In this document: piece by piece, positions 9,621 through 18,576 of the stretch
How positions within the stretch are numbered: position 1 is the stretch's first letter
Layout: every line of letters starts with the position of its first letter
Origin: Calditrichaceae bacterium
Lineage (GTDB): Bacteria; Calditrichota; Calditrichia; RBG-13-44-9; J075
DNA: 64,000 bases
NCBI GenBank assembly: GCA_013360445.1
Contig: JABWBP010000036.1
Span: forward strand, 322 to 64,321
Direction: 5' to 3'
The notes under the pieces: generated by a model
Databases searched by the model: none
Told to the model about the DNA's origin: nothing
The model's input: the letters and a program-made list of their open reading frames with translations, nothing else
Translations under genes and position numbers: made by a program

Positions 9621-9758
9621 CCCCGCGCTTCAGCGCGGGGAAGAGAGAAACCAAACAAAACAGATTGGGGCTTCAGCCCCAAGTGTTACCAAAACGTGGG
9701 GCTAAAGCCCCAGAAGGAGTCATAGGAATTTTGGGTTCCCCCGTGCTGAAGCGCGGGG
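9621..9758. repeat. Cluster of four GC-rich hairpins bounded by a 20-bp inverted pair (MITE-like or structured RNA / terminator block)
   Basis: Outer hairpins: 9621-9640 ccccgcgcTTCAgcgcgggg (perfect) and 9738-9758 ccccgtgcTGAAgcgcgggg, an inverted copy. Inner hairpins: 9667-9680 ggggcTTCAgcccc and 9698-9711 ggggcTAAAgcccc. The block begins 10 nt after the DUF488 stop codon. Confidence 0.5.
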
Positions 9759-9855
9759 CTAGTCATCCTGAAATTCGGTTTTTTGTGCAATTTGTGCTGC
9801 ACTCCGGGGAGAGATCCCGCTAACAAAGTGTTTTATGATGAATAGAGGAATTTAT

Positions 9856-11847
9856 ATGCGTCACTTAACCATCTTACTTCTCTTTTCCACCCTTATTCTT
9901 GCCCGGGAAACCCGCTTTTTCCGGGTGGCGGCGGAGAGCGACCGCCAAATCCTGCTCCTGGCTGCGCAGGGATTCGAGCTCGCCGACGCCCGGATTTACT
10001 CCGCTTCCGTCGGCAGGCCGGCGGTGCGCTGGATGCCGGAGAACCGCTGCGTTACCGTGCTGGCGGACGATCCCGCCGCGGGGGACAGGCTGCGATTGCT
10101 GGGGTTTCGAATCCTCGAACAGGGCGCTCGCCGGCCCTCTTTTACGCCGCAGCCGCCCACGGAAGACCTCCCCATGCAATTCGGCTGGCCCCGCCTGATG
10201 AACGGCTGGCCCACCATTTACGGCCAGCCGGTCACGATTGAGGACCTCAACGAAAACGGCGCGCCGGAGATTTTCCTCAGCAACAGCGAAGGCTGGCTAT
10301 ACGGCTGGCGGCCCAACGGCGTTTTTGTGTTGGGGTTTCCCAAATCGCCCTACCTGCGCGGGGTTTATGATCCCCAAACCGGCGATACGGTGTACGTCAG
10401 TTGGGTGAGCACCGGCTCCCGGGAAGGGGGCGCGACAGGGGACGTAAACGGCGACGGGGCGAAGGAGTTGGTATTCGCCAAGGATATCGGGTATTTGTTT
10501 GCGTACCAGTATAACAGCATCCTGTTAGGCGGGTTTCCTTACGACCTGGGCCTGGCGCACTTCTCCAGCCAGCCGGTTCTATTCGATTTCGATAACGACG
10601 GGAAGGATGAGATTCTCTTAGCCGAGTTCCTGTGGGACTCCATCCTGCCTTACGGCCCGGCCACGATCCATATTTTCAACGAGGATCACAGCGAGCTGCC
10701 CGGCTGGCCGCAGCAAATCCCGGTATTTTCCGAATCCTCCCCCGCGGTGGGGGATATCGACGGCGATAACGAAGTGGAAATCGTGCTCGGCAGCGGGAGA
10801 GATCCCAATACCGGCGAGCCGGGGCGGATTTACGCGTTCAACCTCGACGGGAGCATCTGCGCCGGATTTCCCATCGAGGTGGGCAATGCGGTCAACTGCA
10901 CTCCCACGATTTACGACATCGACCTGAACGGCGTCGCCGACGTCCTGATCCGGATCATGCCCCTGAGTAGCGGAATCAACGGAATTTACGCGTTCGACGG
11001 CTTCGGCGCGATTCTCCCCGGGTTTCCCGCGGCGCTCTCCTCCGGCTCCCCCAACGGCGCGCCGGCGGCGGCGGACGTAAACGGCGACGGATTCCCGGAA
11101 ATCGCCTACGGCAGCGTGCAGGCGGTTGACTCCGCAAAAGTATGGCTGTTCCGCCACACCGGGGAATTGATGCCCGGCTTCCCGCAGCCGGTGTACGCCA
11201 CCTGGGTGGAGGAATCGGTGAGTTTGGAGGACGTTTCCGGCGACGGGCTGGCGGATATCGTCTGCGGCACCAACGGGGTCAGCAACGATCCCGCGCGATT
11301 GTGGGCCTTCGATTACCAGGGGCAGGTGGTCGCCGGCTTCCCCATTACCATCAACGAGACCTTCAGCACCTTAGAAACCACCCCCACCATCGTGGATATT
11401 GACGGGGACGGGGATACCGAGATATTCACCGCCTCGCACGAGGGCACGGTGTACGCTTTCGATTCGCCGGGACAGCCGGCAACTTCCGCCTGGCCGACTT
11501 ACAAATACAATCCCGCCCGGTTAGGCGGCATTCCCGGGGGCGGCCCCACCGCCACCGGGGGGCAAACCGGGGTTCTGCCGGGGAGCATCGAGCTGCACCC
11601 GAACTATCCCAATCCTTTCAATCCCCAAACCCGGATTTCTTTCACCCTGGGCCGGCGGCAGGCGGTTACGCTGGCGGTGTTCGACGTTCTGGGACGCCCG
11701 GTGCGCGAGCTGATTCGCAATGAGATCTATGAGCCGGGCGCGCATTCGCTGGATTTCCGGGCCGGAAATCTGGCTTCGGGAATTTATTATTACCGGTTGG
11801 AGGCGGGAGGGCGGAAATTAGCGCGGAAGATGTTGCTGGTGCGGTGA
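9856..11847 (+). CDS. FG-GAP/VCBS-repeat T9SS-secreted protein
   Basis: Signal peptide MRHLTILLLFSTLILA. Repeated D.NGDG / DIDGDG calcium-binding FG-GAP motifs (DVNGDGAKELVF, DFDNDGKDEILL, DIDGDNEVEIVLG, DIDLNGVADVLI, DVNGDGFPEIAYG, DIDGDGDTEIF). T9SS tail HPNYPNPFNPQTRISF..GIYYYRLEAGGRKLARKMLLVR. The start could also be 9835. Confidence 0.75.
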   Translation: MRHLTILLLFSTLILARETRFFRVAAESDRQILLLAAQGFELADARIYSASVGRPAVRWMPENRCVTVLADDPAAGDRLRLLGFRILEQGARRPSFTPQPPTEDLPMQFGWPRLMNGWPTIYGQPVTIEDLNENGAPEIFLSNSEGWLYGWRPNGVFVLGFPKSPYLRGVYDPQTGDTVYVSWVSTGSREGGATGDVNGDGAKELVFAKDIGYLFAYQYNSILLGGFPYDLGLAHFSSQPVLFDFDNDGKDEILLAEFLWDSILPYGPATIHIFNEDHSELPGWPQQIPVFSESSPAVGDIDGDNEVEIVLGSGRDPNTGEPGRIYAFNLDGSICAGFPIEVGNAVNCTPTIYDIDLNGVADVLIRIMPLSSGINGIYAFDGFGAILPGFPAALSSGSPNGAPAAADVNGDGFPEIAYGSVQAVDSAKVWLFRHTGELMPGFPQPVYATWVEESVSLEDVSGDGLADIVCGTNGVSNDPARLWAFDYQGQVVAGFPITINETFSTLETTPTIVDIDGDGDTEIFTASHEGTVYAFDSPGQPATSAWPTYKYNPARLGGIPGGGPTATGGQTGVLPGSIELHPNYPNPFNPQTRISFTLGRRQAVTLAVFDVLGRPVRELIRNEIYEPGAHSLDFRAGNLASGIYYYRLEAGGRKLARKMLLVR

Positions 11848-11970
11848 AAATGCCGTCAAATGCGGACTTGGCGACTTTGCGAGAGATAAAACTCTCGTTT
11901 CGCGTAAATTGCCGAGCACTATTTTTTATTGTTCTTGACAGGATGCACAGGGTTGATCGGATTACGGTTA

Positions 11971-12822
11971 TCAAAACCGGATGCACACCCCCGCCCGGTT
12001 GGCGGCGAAGTAGGGATCGAGGAGAATTTTCCCGCTTTTTTCCCGGGTATGGTTCACTAACATGCTGCCCACCCAGTAACCGATTACCCCGCCGACGAAT
12101 ACGTCCGAAGGCCAGTGGTTGCGGCTGTCGATGCGCTGCAAGGCCACGGAAGCCGCCAGGGTGTACGCGGGAATTTTGATCCACCACTGGGGGTACTGCT
12201 TGGCGATGACGGTCATCATGGCAAATGCCGAGGTGGCGTGGCCGGAGGGGAGGGAGAGAAAATCTTCCCCGCCCCTGAATTGCAGCGCGTTGAGGTCGTA
12301 AGGCCCGCGCCCGGTGTAGGGCCGCGCCCGCCCCAGCACGTGCTTGCCCAGGGTGGTAATCGCCCCGGCGATGACAAAGGATTCTATCATCAGCCGGGAA
12401 GTTTCCAACAGTTTTTTATCATTGAAGATCAACCCGCTCCCGATCATCCCCGCGGAAAGCCCTAACGCGATATTTTTCGACCCCACCTCGTCGTACAGCT
12501 CTCCTAATTTGACGAAACCCCCGCTCGATTGGGTGTAAAGGGAATGCCGCTCCAGAACAAATTCTTCATGGACAGGCTGATCGAAGCCGTACGCTATCCC
12601 GGCGCTCATCAAGGTAAAAGAAGTTAGGCGCAGCGCGTCGTCTTTCGACATCCGCAGGGGGGAAGAAGCCACGTGCAAGATATCGCCGCCCACCGTGGCG
12701 ACAAATGATTTCAGGGGATTTGGGGTAGTTTTTTCGATGGCCTGGGGTAAGCCGCGGCCGGAGAAGAGTATGATTGTCAGGAGAACCCATACAGGGTTCG
12801 GAAACCGGCTGCGGAAGCGCAT
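11971..12822 (-). CDS. PAP2-family phosphatase (phosphatidic acid phosphatase type 2 / lipid phosphatase)
   Basis: All three PAP2 motifs are present: KHVLGRARP, PSGHAT and SRIDSRNHWPSDV. There is an N-terminal signal/TM segment. Confidence 0.75.
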   Translation of the reverse strand: MRFRSRFPNPVWVLLTIILFSGRGLPQAIEKTTPNPLKSFVATVGGDILHVASSPLRMSKDDALRLTSFTLMSAGIAYGFDQPVHEEFVLERHSLYTQSSGGFVKLGELYDEVGSKNIALGLSAGMIGSGLIFNDKKLLETSRLMIESFVIAGAITTLGKHVLGRARPYTGRGPYDLNALQFRGGEDFLSLPSGHATSAFAMMTVIAKQYPQWWIKIPAYTLAASVALQRIDSRNHWPSDVFVGGVIGYWVGSMLVNHTREKSGKILLDPYFAANRAGVCIRF

Positions 12823-12937
12823 TGAACCTTACCTTTTTATCAACCTTCTTAAAAAAATTTCGCCCAATATAAGCGAATTTTTGCCCCAAACCAGGAAATT
12901 TTATCTTTCATCCTTTATCCTTTTCCCTTCAACCGAT

Positions 12938-14494
12938 TCATTCCCGCCGAAATCGCTGTTTAAGCCGGCGCACCTTATGCGCATAAAATTCTCCGAACTC
13001 CGGTTTCGGGCGTTTGCAGAGATATACCCCCAGGCCGTATTCCCGCGCGTAGGGGTTGCGCAATTGCCCCGCCAGGGCAACCTCGGCAAAAAAGTGTTGA
13101 ATATCCTCCCCAAATTCATCATTGACATAGATGAAGGCGAGCAGGTTTTCCAGGGAATCCGGGGCCCAGAGCAGGAAATTATCGTCGAAAGAGAGCGGTT
13201 CCGGCAAACCGTATTTTTTGCCGTGGTACTTGATGGCCCCGGCCTGCCCGTAATTTTCCGCATAAATTGCGCACCGCGCCTGCTCCTCCGCGCTCAAACC
13301 GTGGTAGGCGTCCGCCGCCAGCTTTGCCAGTTCCTCCCAGCCGATCATATCCGCGTAATCCTGGGGCAGGGGATGGAGTCGGCCGTCTTCCCAGCGCAGC
13401 GCTCCCTCAAACCCGTAGCGTTTGGATTGCTCCGCATAAACCAGCATTTTATCGTAGGGCAGAACCGGCAGGCTGTAAGGAAGCGCCGGCAAGGTTAGCA
13501 GGATCATCATTGCTAAAACTGCCCATTGCAGAGAGCGCCAACGTCCCCGGAGATAGCTTTCCAGGGCAAATCCTCCCGCGGCGAACAGCAACGGGTAGAT
13601 TCCCAGGGTGTAGTAGGGTTTTCCCGACAGTAAAAGTAAAATCAACACCACCGCTAAAACCGTGTAGCCCAGCGCCCGGTAAGGTTTGCCTTCTTTGAGA
13701 AACAACAAAAACAGCAGCCCGCATCCCCATACCAGGATGACGGGGAAATTCATCAAAAGCTGGGCGAGCAAAAAATCGGGAACGGTGACGTGCACCAGTT
13801 GGTTTTGCCGGAGCTCCGCCAGGTGGGTTACCACCGGCCAGCGATGGCTCCACTGCCAGAGCAGGTTGGGCAGAATCAACAGAAAACCGATGGCTGCCCC
13901 TGCCAGCAGGTACTTGGAGTAGAATAACCTTCGCAGGGGAGTTAGCAAGAGCGAGAGCGCAAAAGCGACCGCCAGCACTGCGATGGAATATTTGTTCAAG
14001 AATCCCATTCCGAAGACAATACCCAGGTGAACCCAGAATTGGGGGCGCCCGGTTTTGAGCAATTTTACCATAAAATAAGCGGCCAGCAGCCAGTAGAATT
14101 CATCGAACGAAACCGGCTGGAACAAGGTATTGCTGCGCAGGAATGCCGGGGAAACGATAAAGGCGCAGCAGCTCAACACTATCGCCCGGGATTTCCCGCC
14201 CAATTCTTTGACAATCAGGGCGATGAGGATGATCGAAGCGGCTCCCAACAGCGCCGGAAAGAGCCGCACGGCGAACGTCGAATCGCCGAATACCGTGGTG
14301 GTCAAACGGGCAAACAGGGCAATCGAGGGCGGCGCCGAGAGGTATCCGAAGTCCAGGTGGTCTCCTTCTGCGAGGTAGAGGAAGGCGTCGCGGTGCAATT
14401 CGTAATTGGTGTTGGTAAAGAAGTGCAGCAGCAATTTGAGCAGCACCAACCCCCCGATGAGCAGCCATTCTCCCGGAAGTTTTTGCAGTTTCAT
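12938..14494 (-). CDS. Glycosyltransferase family 39 (ArnT/PMT-like) polytopic membrane protein
   Basis: 518 aa with about 12 TM segments. The N-terminal loop reads HRDAFLYLAEGDHLDFGYLSAPP, the DE/DxD-like loop typical of GT-C ArnT/PMT_2 proteins. There is a large periplasmic C-terminal domain. Confidence 0.65.
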   Translation of the reverse strand: MKLQKLPGEWLLIGGLVLLKLLLHFFTNTNYELHRDAFLYLAEGDHLDFGYLSAPPSIALFARLTTTVFGDSTFAVRLFPALLGAASIILIALIVKELGGKSRAIVLSCCAFIVSPAFLRSNTLFQPVSFDEFYWLLAAYFMVKLLKTGRPQFWVHLGIVFGMGFLNKYSIAVLAVAFALSLLLTPLRRLFYSKYLLAGAAIGFLLILPNLLWQWSHRWPVVTHLAELRQNQLVHVTVPDFLLAQLLMNFPVILVWGCGLLFLLFLKEGKPYRALGYTVLAVVLILLLLSGKPYYTLGIYPLLFAAGGFALESYLRGRWRSLQWAVLAMMILLTLPALPYSLPVLPYDKMLVYAEQSKRYGFEGALRWEDGRLHPLPQDYADMIGWEELAKLAADAYHGLSAEEQARCAIYAENYGQAGAIKYHGKKYGLPEPLSFDDNFLLWAPDSLENLLAFIYVNDEFGEDIQHFFAEVALAGQLRNPYAREYGLGVYLCKRPKPEFGEFYAHKVRRLKQRFRRE

Positions 14495-14563
14495 ACGCGA
14501 TCTCCAGGGCGGTTACTAGGATTTTTTCATAATTCCCTTGCTATCCCGGAATGTTTTTTGAAT

Positions 14564-14676
14564 AGTTACTATTCAGCCACAGAGACCACAGAGGTCACAG
14601 AGGAAGATTTGGGGGTATCCACCACTTCGTGGAGAGCATTTAGAGCCTTATATCCCTGTATGCCTGAATAGTTACT
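14564..14676. mobile_element. MITE-like element, short copy (CACAGAG-TIR family)
   Basis: Terminal inverted repeats agttactattcag / ctgaatagttact. The internal 100 bp matches 30302-30400 almost base for base (ccacagagaccacagaggtcacagaggaagatttgggggtatccaccacttcgtggagagcatttagagccttatat). Confidence 0.6.
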
Positions 14677-14736
14677 TTGAATAAATTAACCGGTCGAATG
14701 TTGGATTGTTTGTAAACCTTAACTGAGGAGAAAACA

Positions 14737-15300
14737 ATGAATCGGAAAGCTAATTGTTTTTTTTCCACTCTCATTATTGTCGCGGCGGCGCTTCTGTTCG
14801 CCTGCGAAGCGCAACACGATCATTCTCACGCTGCCGCGGAAACCCCGGCCATCACCAAAGCCATTGCAGTAATGCACCCCACGGAGGGCCATACCGCGCA
14901 TGGAACGGTGGTATTCACGGCCACCCCGGAAGGGATCAAAGTGGTCGCCCACATCGAAGGGCTGACCCCCGGCAGCCATGGTTTTCACGTTCATGAATAC
15001 GGGGATTGCAGCGCCCCGGACGCAACCTCCGCAGGCGGACACTTCAACCCCTCCGATGCTCCCCACGCCGGGCCGCAGGCGACGCAGCGCCATACCGGCG
15101 ACCTGGGCAACATCGTGGCCGATGAAAACGGGGTCGGACACCTGGAATGGACCGATAAAATGCTGAGCTTCGGCGGCCCCCATTCCATTATCGGGCGGGG
15201 ATTGATCGTGCACATTGCGGAAGACGATCTCACCACCCAGCCCACCGGCAACGCTGGGGCGCGGGTGGCCTGCGGGGTCATCGGCGTGGCAAAACCGTAA
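14737..15300 (+). CDS. sodC: Cu/Zn superoxide dismutase, periplasmic
   Basis: HGFHVHEYGDCS, GGHFNP, GDLGNIVADENG and HSIIGRGLIVHIAEDD..GNAGARVACGVIG. There is a signal peptide and a GAGGAG RBS. Confidence 0.9.
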   Translation: MNRKANCFFSTLIIVAAALLFACEAQHDHSHAAAETPAITKAIAVMHPTEGHTAHGTVVFTATPEGIKVVAHIEGLTPGSHGFHVHEYGDCSAPDATSAGGHFNPSDAPHAGPQATQRHTGDLGNIVADENGVGHLEWTDKMLSFGGPHSIIGRGLIVHIAEDDLTTQPTGNAGARVACGVIGVAKP

Positions 15301-15313
15301 CAGTTTTCGACGG

Positions 15314-15814
15314 TCATTCCGGCGCTTTCATACCCATCTGCGCCCACTCCTCGTGGGAAGGTCCGTAGAGGCCCGGCACTTTCAAACCGGCCTGGCGCAT
15401 CAACACGGTCATCTGGGCGCGGTGGTGTACCTGGTGGCGAATCAGGGCGAGCAGCACGGTTTTTTTCTTCCACTGTTCCCCGTACATGTTCACTTTTTCG
15501 TTCAGGCTGGCGTCGGTCCAGCGCCGGCTGACCTGCTCCACCAGGGAAGCGGAGGATTTTTCGTAGGCGCTGGCAATATCCGCCGCTTTCGCCGGAACCG
15601 GGGCGTGTTCGTCGGGTCCCTCCACGGCTAAACCGGCATCCCCTAACATCTCGTTGATGGTTCCCACGATGTGCCAGGCCAGAAAACCCAGGGAGCGGCC
15701 TTCCGGGGTTACTCTCTGGCTTAACGAGGCGTCGGTAAGGTTGTTGAAAACCTTCAAAGTTCCTTCGCTTTCCAGCGACCAATCCTTCAAAAAATCTTTG
15801 ATGGTAGTGTACAT
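15314..15814 (-). CDS. DinB/YfiT-like metal-dependent hydrolase family protein
   Basis: 166-aa four-helix-bundle DinB_2-like sequence (LKDWSLESEGTLKVFNNLTDASL..WHIVGTINEM). His residues are spaced as in DinB-family proteins. Confidence 0.6.
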   Translation of the reverse strand: MYTTIKDFLKDWSLESEGTLKVFNNLTDASLSQRVTPEGRSLGFLAWHIVGTINEMLGDAGLAVEGPDEHAPVPAKAADIASAYEKSSASLVEQVSRRWTDASLNEKVNMYGEQWKKKTVLLALIRHQVHHRAQMTVLMRQAGLKVPGLYGPSHEEWAQMGMKAPE

Positions 15815-16004
15815 GGCAGCTTCCTCCTGGAGAGGTGATGGGTTTTATGGAAAAAATACCGGATTTTCTCTGCCAATCGAATATCAACATTAAATAACCG
15901 CGAGGCGTCTCCGGCTGGGGGACGCCTCGCGGTGTTGGGGGGGTAATGTAGCAAAATCGGGTGGAAAGAGAAATCGCTAAAAATCTTCCCGGCGGAAGGC
16001 TATT

Positions 16005-17891
16005 TCAGGAGCCTTTTTGGTTCAGTATTTTGTCGATTTCATCCATGGCGCGGTTCATGGCGGCCATGGTCTGGGTGAAAGGCTCGGAAGTGGTCATATC
16101 CACCCCGGCCTTTTTCAGCAATTCGATGGGGTAATCGGAGCCGCCGGAGGAGATGAACTGCATGAAACGCTGCACCGCGCCAGGATCTTTTTTCAACACC
16201 TTCTCGGCCAGGGCGGTGGAAGCGGTAAACGAGGTGGCGTACTGGTACACGTAAAAATTGTAATAAAAATGGGGAATGTAGCCCCACTCGACGGTTACCC
16301 GGTCATCGATTTTGCAAATTCCCTTATCGTGCCCGTAGTACTTTTTCAGAATATCGGCGTAGAGCGCCGTCAGCGCCTCGCCGGTCAGCGGTTCGCCCTG
16401 CTCGGCTTTTTCATGGATTTTTAGCTCGAACTCGGCGAACTGAGTCTGCCGGAACAGGGTTCCCTTCAAATTATCCAGGTAATTCATCAACAAGGAGAGG
16501 CGGGTATCATTGTCTTGGATATCTTTCAGCATTTTGTCGATCAGCAGCGCCTCGTTGAAGGTGGAGGCCACTTCCGCCACGAAGGTGGGATAATCCGCCA
16601 GCGGGTAGGGCTGGGTTTTGTTAGAAAAATAACTGTGCATGGCGTGGCCGATCTCGTGCGCCAGGGTGCTGACGTCATTGTACTGGCCGTTGTAATTGAG
16701 GAGCATAAAGGGATGGGCGTCGTACACGTCCCCCGCGGAGTAAGCCCCGGAACGCTTGCCCGGGGTGGGATACACGTCGATCCAGCGCTCCTCGAACGCT
16801 TTCTTCACCACCCCGGCGTACTCATTCCCCAGCGGTTTTACGGCTTCCAAAACCAGTTTTTTAGCCTCGCTATAGGGATATTCCAACTCCACTCCTTTCA
16901 CCACCGGGGCGTAGAGATCGGAATATTTCAAAGTATCTAACTTGAGCATGCGTTTGCGCAGGTTGAGGTAGCGGTGGAAAGTGTCCAGGTTGCGGTTGAC
17001 GTTATCAACCAGGGCTAAATAGACCTCCGTGGGGATGTTGTTGGCGTCCAGGGCGTTCTCCAGAGATGATTGATATCCCCGGGCCCGGGCGTAGAAAATA
17101 TCCTTTTTGACGTTGCCGTACAATTGCTCGCCCAGGGTTCCCTGGAATCCGCCGATGGTGTTCCAGAACGCTGCGAACACCGCTTCCCGGTCTTCCCGGT
17201 TGGGCAGGGCGCGGTAGCGGGAGTAGCCCGCGGAAGTTAACTTGACGGAGCTGCCGTCGCTCAATTTGATCTCCGGATAGGGCAGTTCCGCGTTGCTGAA
17301 TACGCTGAAAATATCGTAGGGGGCGCTGGCCATCAGGCCCGCTTCGGCTAAGATCTTCTCTTCCTTTTCGGAGAGGGTATGCGCTTTCCGGCGCTGCAAG
17401 TCCAGCAAATAGAACTGATATACTTTCAGCCCCGGCGCTTCAGCGATGAATTTTTCAATGGCCGGTTTGTCAAGTTTGACCATTTCCGGCTCCATAAATG
17501 CGGCTTTGGCCTGATAGTCGGTATAAATTTGCTGGATTTCCTGCTTCATGGATTGGTAGGCGGAGTTGCGGGTGTCCTGGTCGGATTTCATGAACGCGTA
17601 GCTATAAAGCCGCGCCATTCCCCGGGAAATCCGGCTGTTGAACTCCAGGCAGGCCAGCAGATCGGAGGCGGAGGCCGCCAATCGCCCCTTGAATCCCGCC
17701 AATTTATCGAATTCGGCGGCGACCTGTTGTTTGGCTTCATGCCAGGCCTGGTCGGTGGAATACAGATCTTCTAACTTCCAGGTATCCTGCAAGGACACTT
17801 CCGAGCGCTCCCGCGGTTGGGAATATAGCAACGCCGGCGCGGCCATCCCCAGCGCGGCGATTATTAACAGAAACGATGAACGTTTCACCAT
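16005..17891 (-). CDS. pepF: M3-family oligoendopeptidase (PepF-like), secreted
   Basis: HEXXH zinc motif TLAHEIGHAMH plus a downstream E. Signal peptide MVKRSSFLLIIAALGMAAPALLYS. GGAGG RBS before the ATG at 17891. The ORF-track start at 17972 is rejected. Confidence 0.85.
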   Translation of the reverse strand: MVKRSSFLLIIAALGMAAPALLYSQPRERSEVSLQDTWKLEDLYSTDQAWHEAKQQVAAEFDKLAGFKGRLAASASDLLACLEFNSRISRGMARLYSYAFMKSDQDTRNSAYQSMKQEIQQIYTDYQAKAAFMEPEMVKLDKPAIEKFIAEAPGLKVYQFYLLDLQRRKAHTLSEKEEKILAEAGLMASAPYDIFSVFSNAELPYPEIKLSDGSSVKLTSAGYSRYRALPNREDREAVFAAFWNTIGGFQGTLGEQLYGNVKKDIFYARARGYQSSLENALDANNIPTEVYLALVDNVNRNLDTFHRYLNLRKRMLKLDTLKYSDLYAPVVKGVELEYPYSEAKKLVLEAVKPLGNEYAGVVKKAFEERWIDVYPTPGKRSGAYSAGDVYDAHPFMLLNYNGQYNDVSTLAHEIGHAMHSYFSNKTQPYPLADYPTFVAEVASTFNEALLIDKMLKDIQDNDTRLSLLMNYLDNLKGTLFRQTQFAEFELKIHEKAEQGEPLTGEALTALYADILKKYYGHDKGICKIDDRVTVEWGYIPHFYYNFYVYQYATSFTASTALAEKVLKKDPGAVQRFMQFISSGGSDYPIELLKKAGVDMTTSEPFTQTMAAMNRAMDEIDKILNQKGS

Positions 17892-18129
17892 AAAGCCTCC
17901 ATGGTTAGTGGATTGTGAATATTCAGCCTTGCAACAAAGCGTTGTTCCAAAGCTCCCCGGATTTAAATTCACAGCCTTACGCAGCGAATGCGTGCAAGTT
18001 TCTTTTCGGTATGGGGGATGATGAATTGGTTGGGTAAAGGGTGTCCTATCATCTGAGATTTGACGATTGTCACGTGATAGTACAGGCTAAATAGTTGGAT
18101 GGCGGAGAGCCATTCAACCATTGCACCCT

Positions 18130-18453
18130 TCACTCCGCGGCGGCATCGTCCCTGCCCGGTTGCAGACTTTGTTTCATCTGCCAAAAACGCCGCCACCCGA
18201 TGAGGAAGGTGAGCACTCCCAGGGGAATGAATATCCCCCCCAGGATTTCGAATACCACCTCTCCGAAAAAATGGATGAAGGTGACCCCGGAAACAAAAAA
18301 CGCCAGCGCGGTGCGAATGTACGCCAAAAAGGTGCGCTCGTTCGCCACCACGGTGCGGTCCAGCGCCAGGTAATCCCTTAAAATCAGATCCTCTTTTCTG
18401 AATTGCTGGTAAGCGGTTTGATTCGATTTGTCCTGCTTCTTCTGCTCATTCAT
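18130..18453 (-). CDS. DUF202 (YidH-like) small membrane protein
   Basis: DRTVVANERTFLAYIRTALAFFVSGVTF is the DUF202 signature (NERT.LAW.RT.L). Two TM segments. Internal ATG at 18453. Confidence 0.6.
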   Translation of the reverse strand: MNEQKKQDKSNQTAYQQFRKEDLILRDYLALDRTVVANERTFLAYIRTALAFFVSGVTFIHFFGEVVFEILGGIFIPLGVLTFLIGWRRFWQMKQSLQPGRDDAAAE

Positions 18454-18576
18454 GGTTTTCCTGCCGCAAGGTTTATGGTTGAATATTGCCCTGCTTCGCC
18501 ATCGCGGGTTCCCCAATCCGATCCGCCTCTTTGGGGAATTTGACATCCGCAATCCTCTCTCCCCTTCCCCGCCGCC

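Noticed and set aside
9612-9835. tRNA or other RNA gene in the 9.6-9.8 kb GC hairpin block
   Set aside because: The hairpins are simple perfect palindromes without a cloverleaf arrangement, and no T-loop GTTCRANYC motif is present. The block is treated as a repeat/terminator cluster.
12695-13498. 267-aa plus-strand ORF antisense to GT39 / PAP2
   Set aside because: It overlaps two convincing minus-strand genes and has no motifs. The ORFs 12901..13263 (-) and 12115..12465 (+) are rejected for the same reason.
14027-14671. 214-aa plus-strand ORF overlapping the GT39 gene and running into the MITE
   Set aside because: It is antisense to a well-supported 12-TM GT39 gene. The composition is RG-rich, and its 3' end is MITE sequence.
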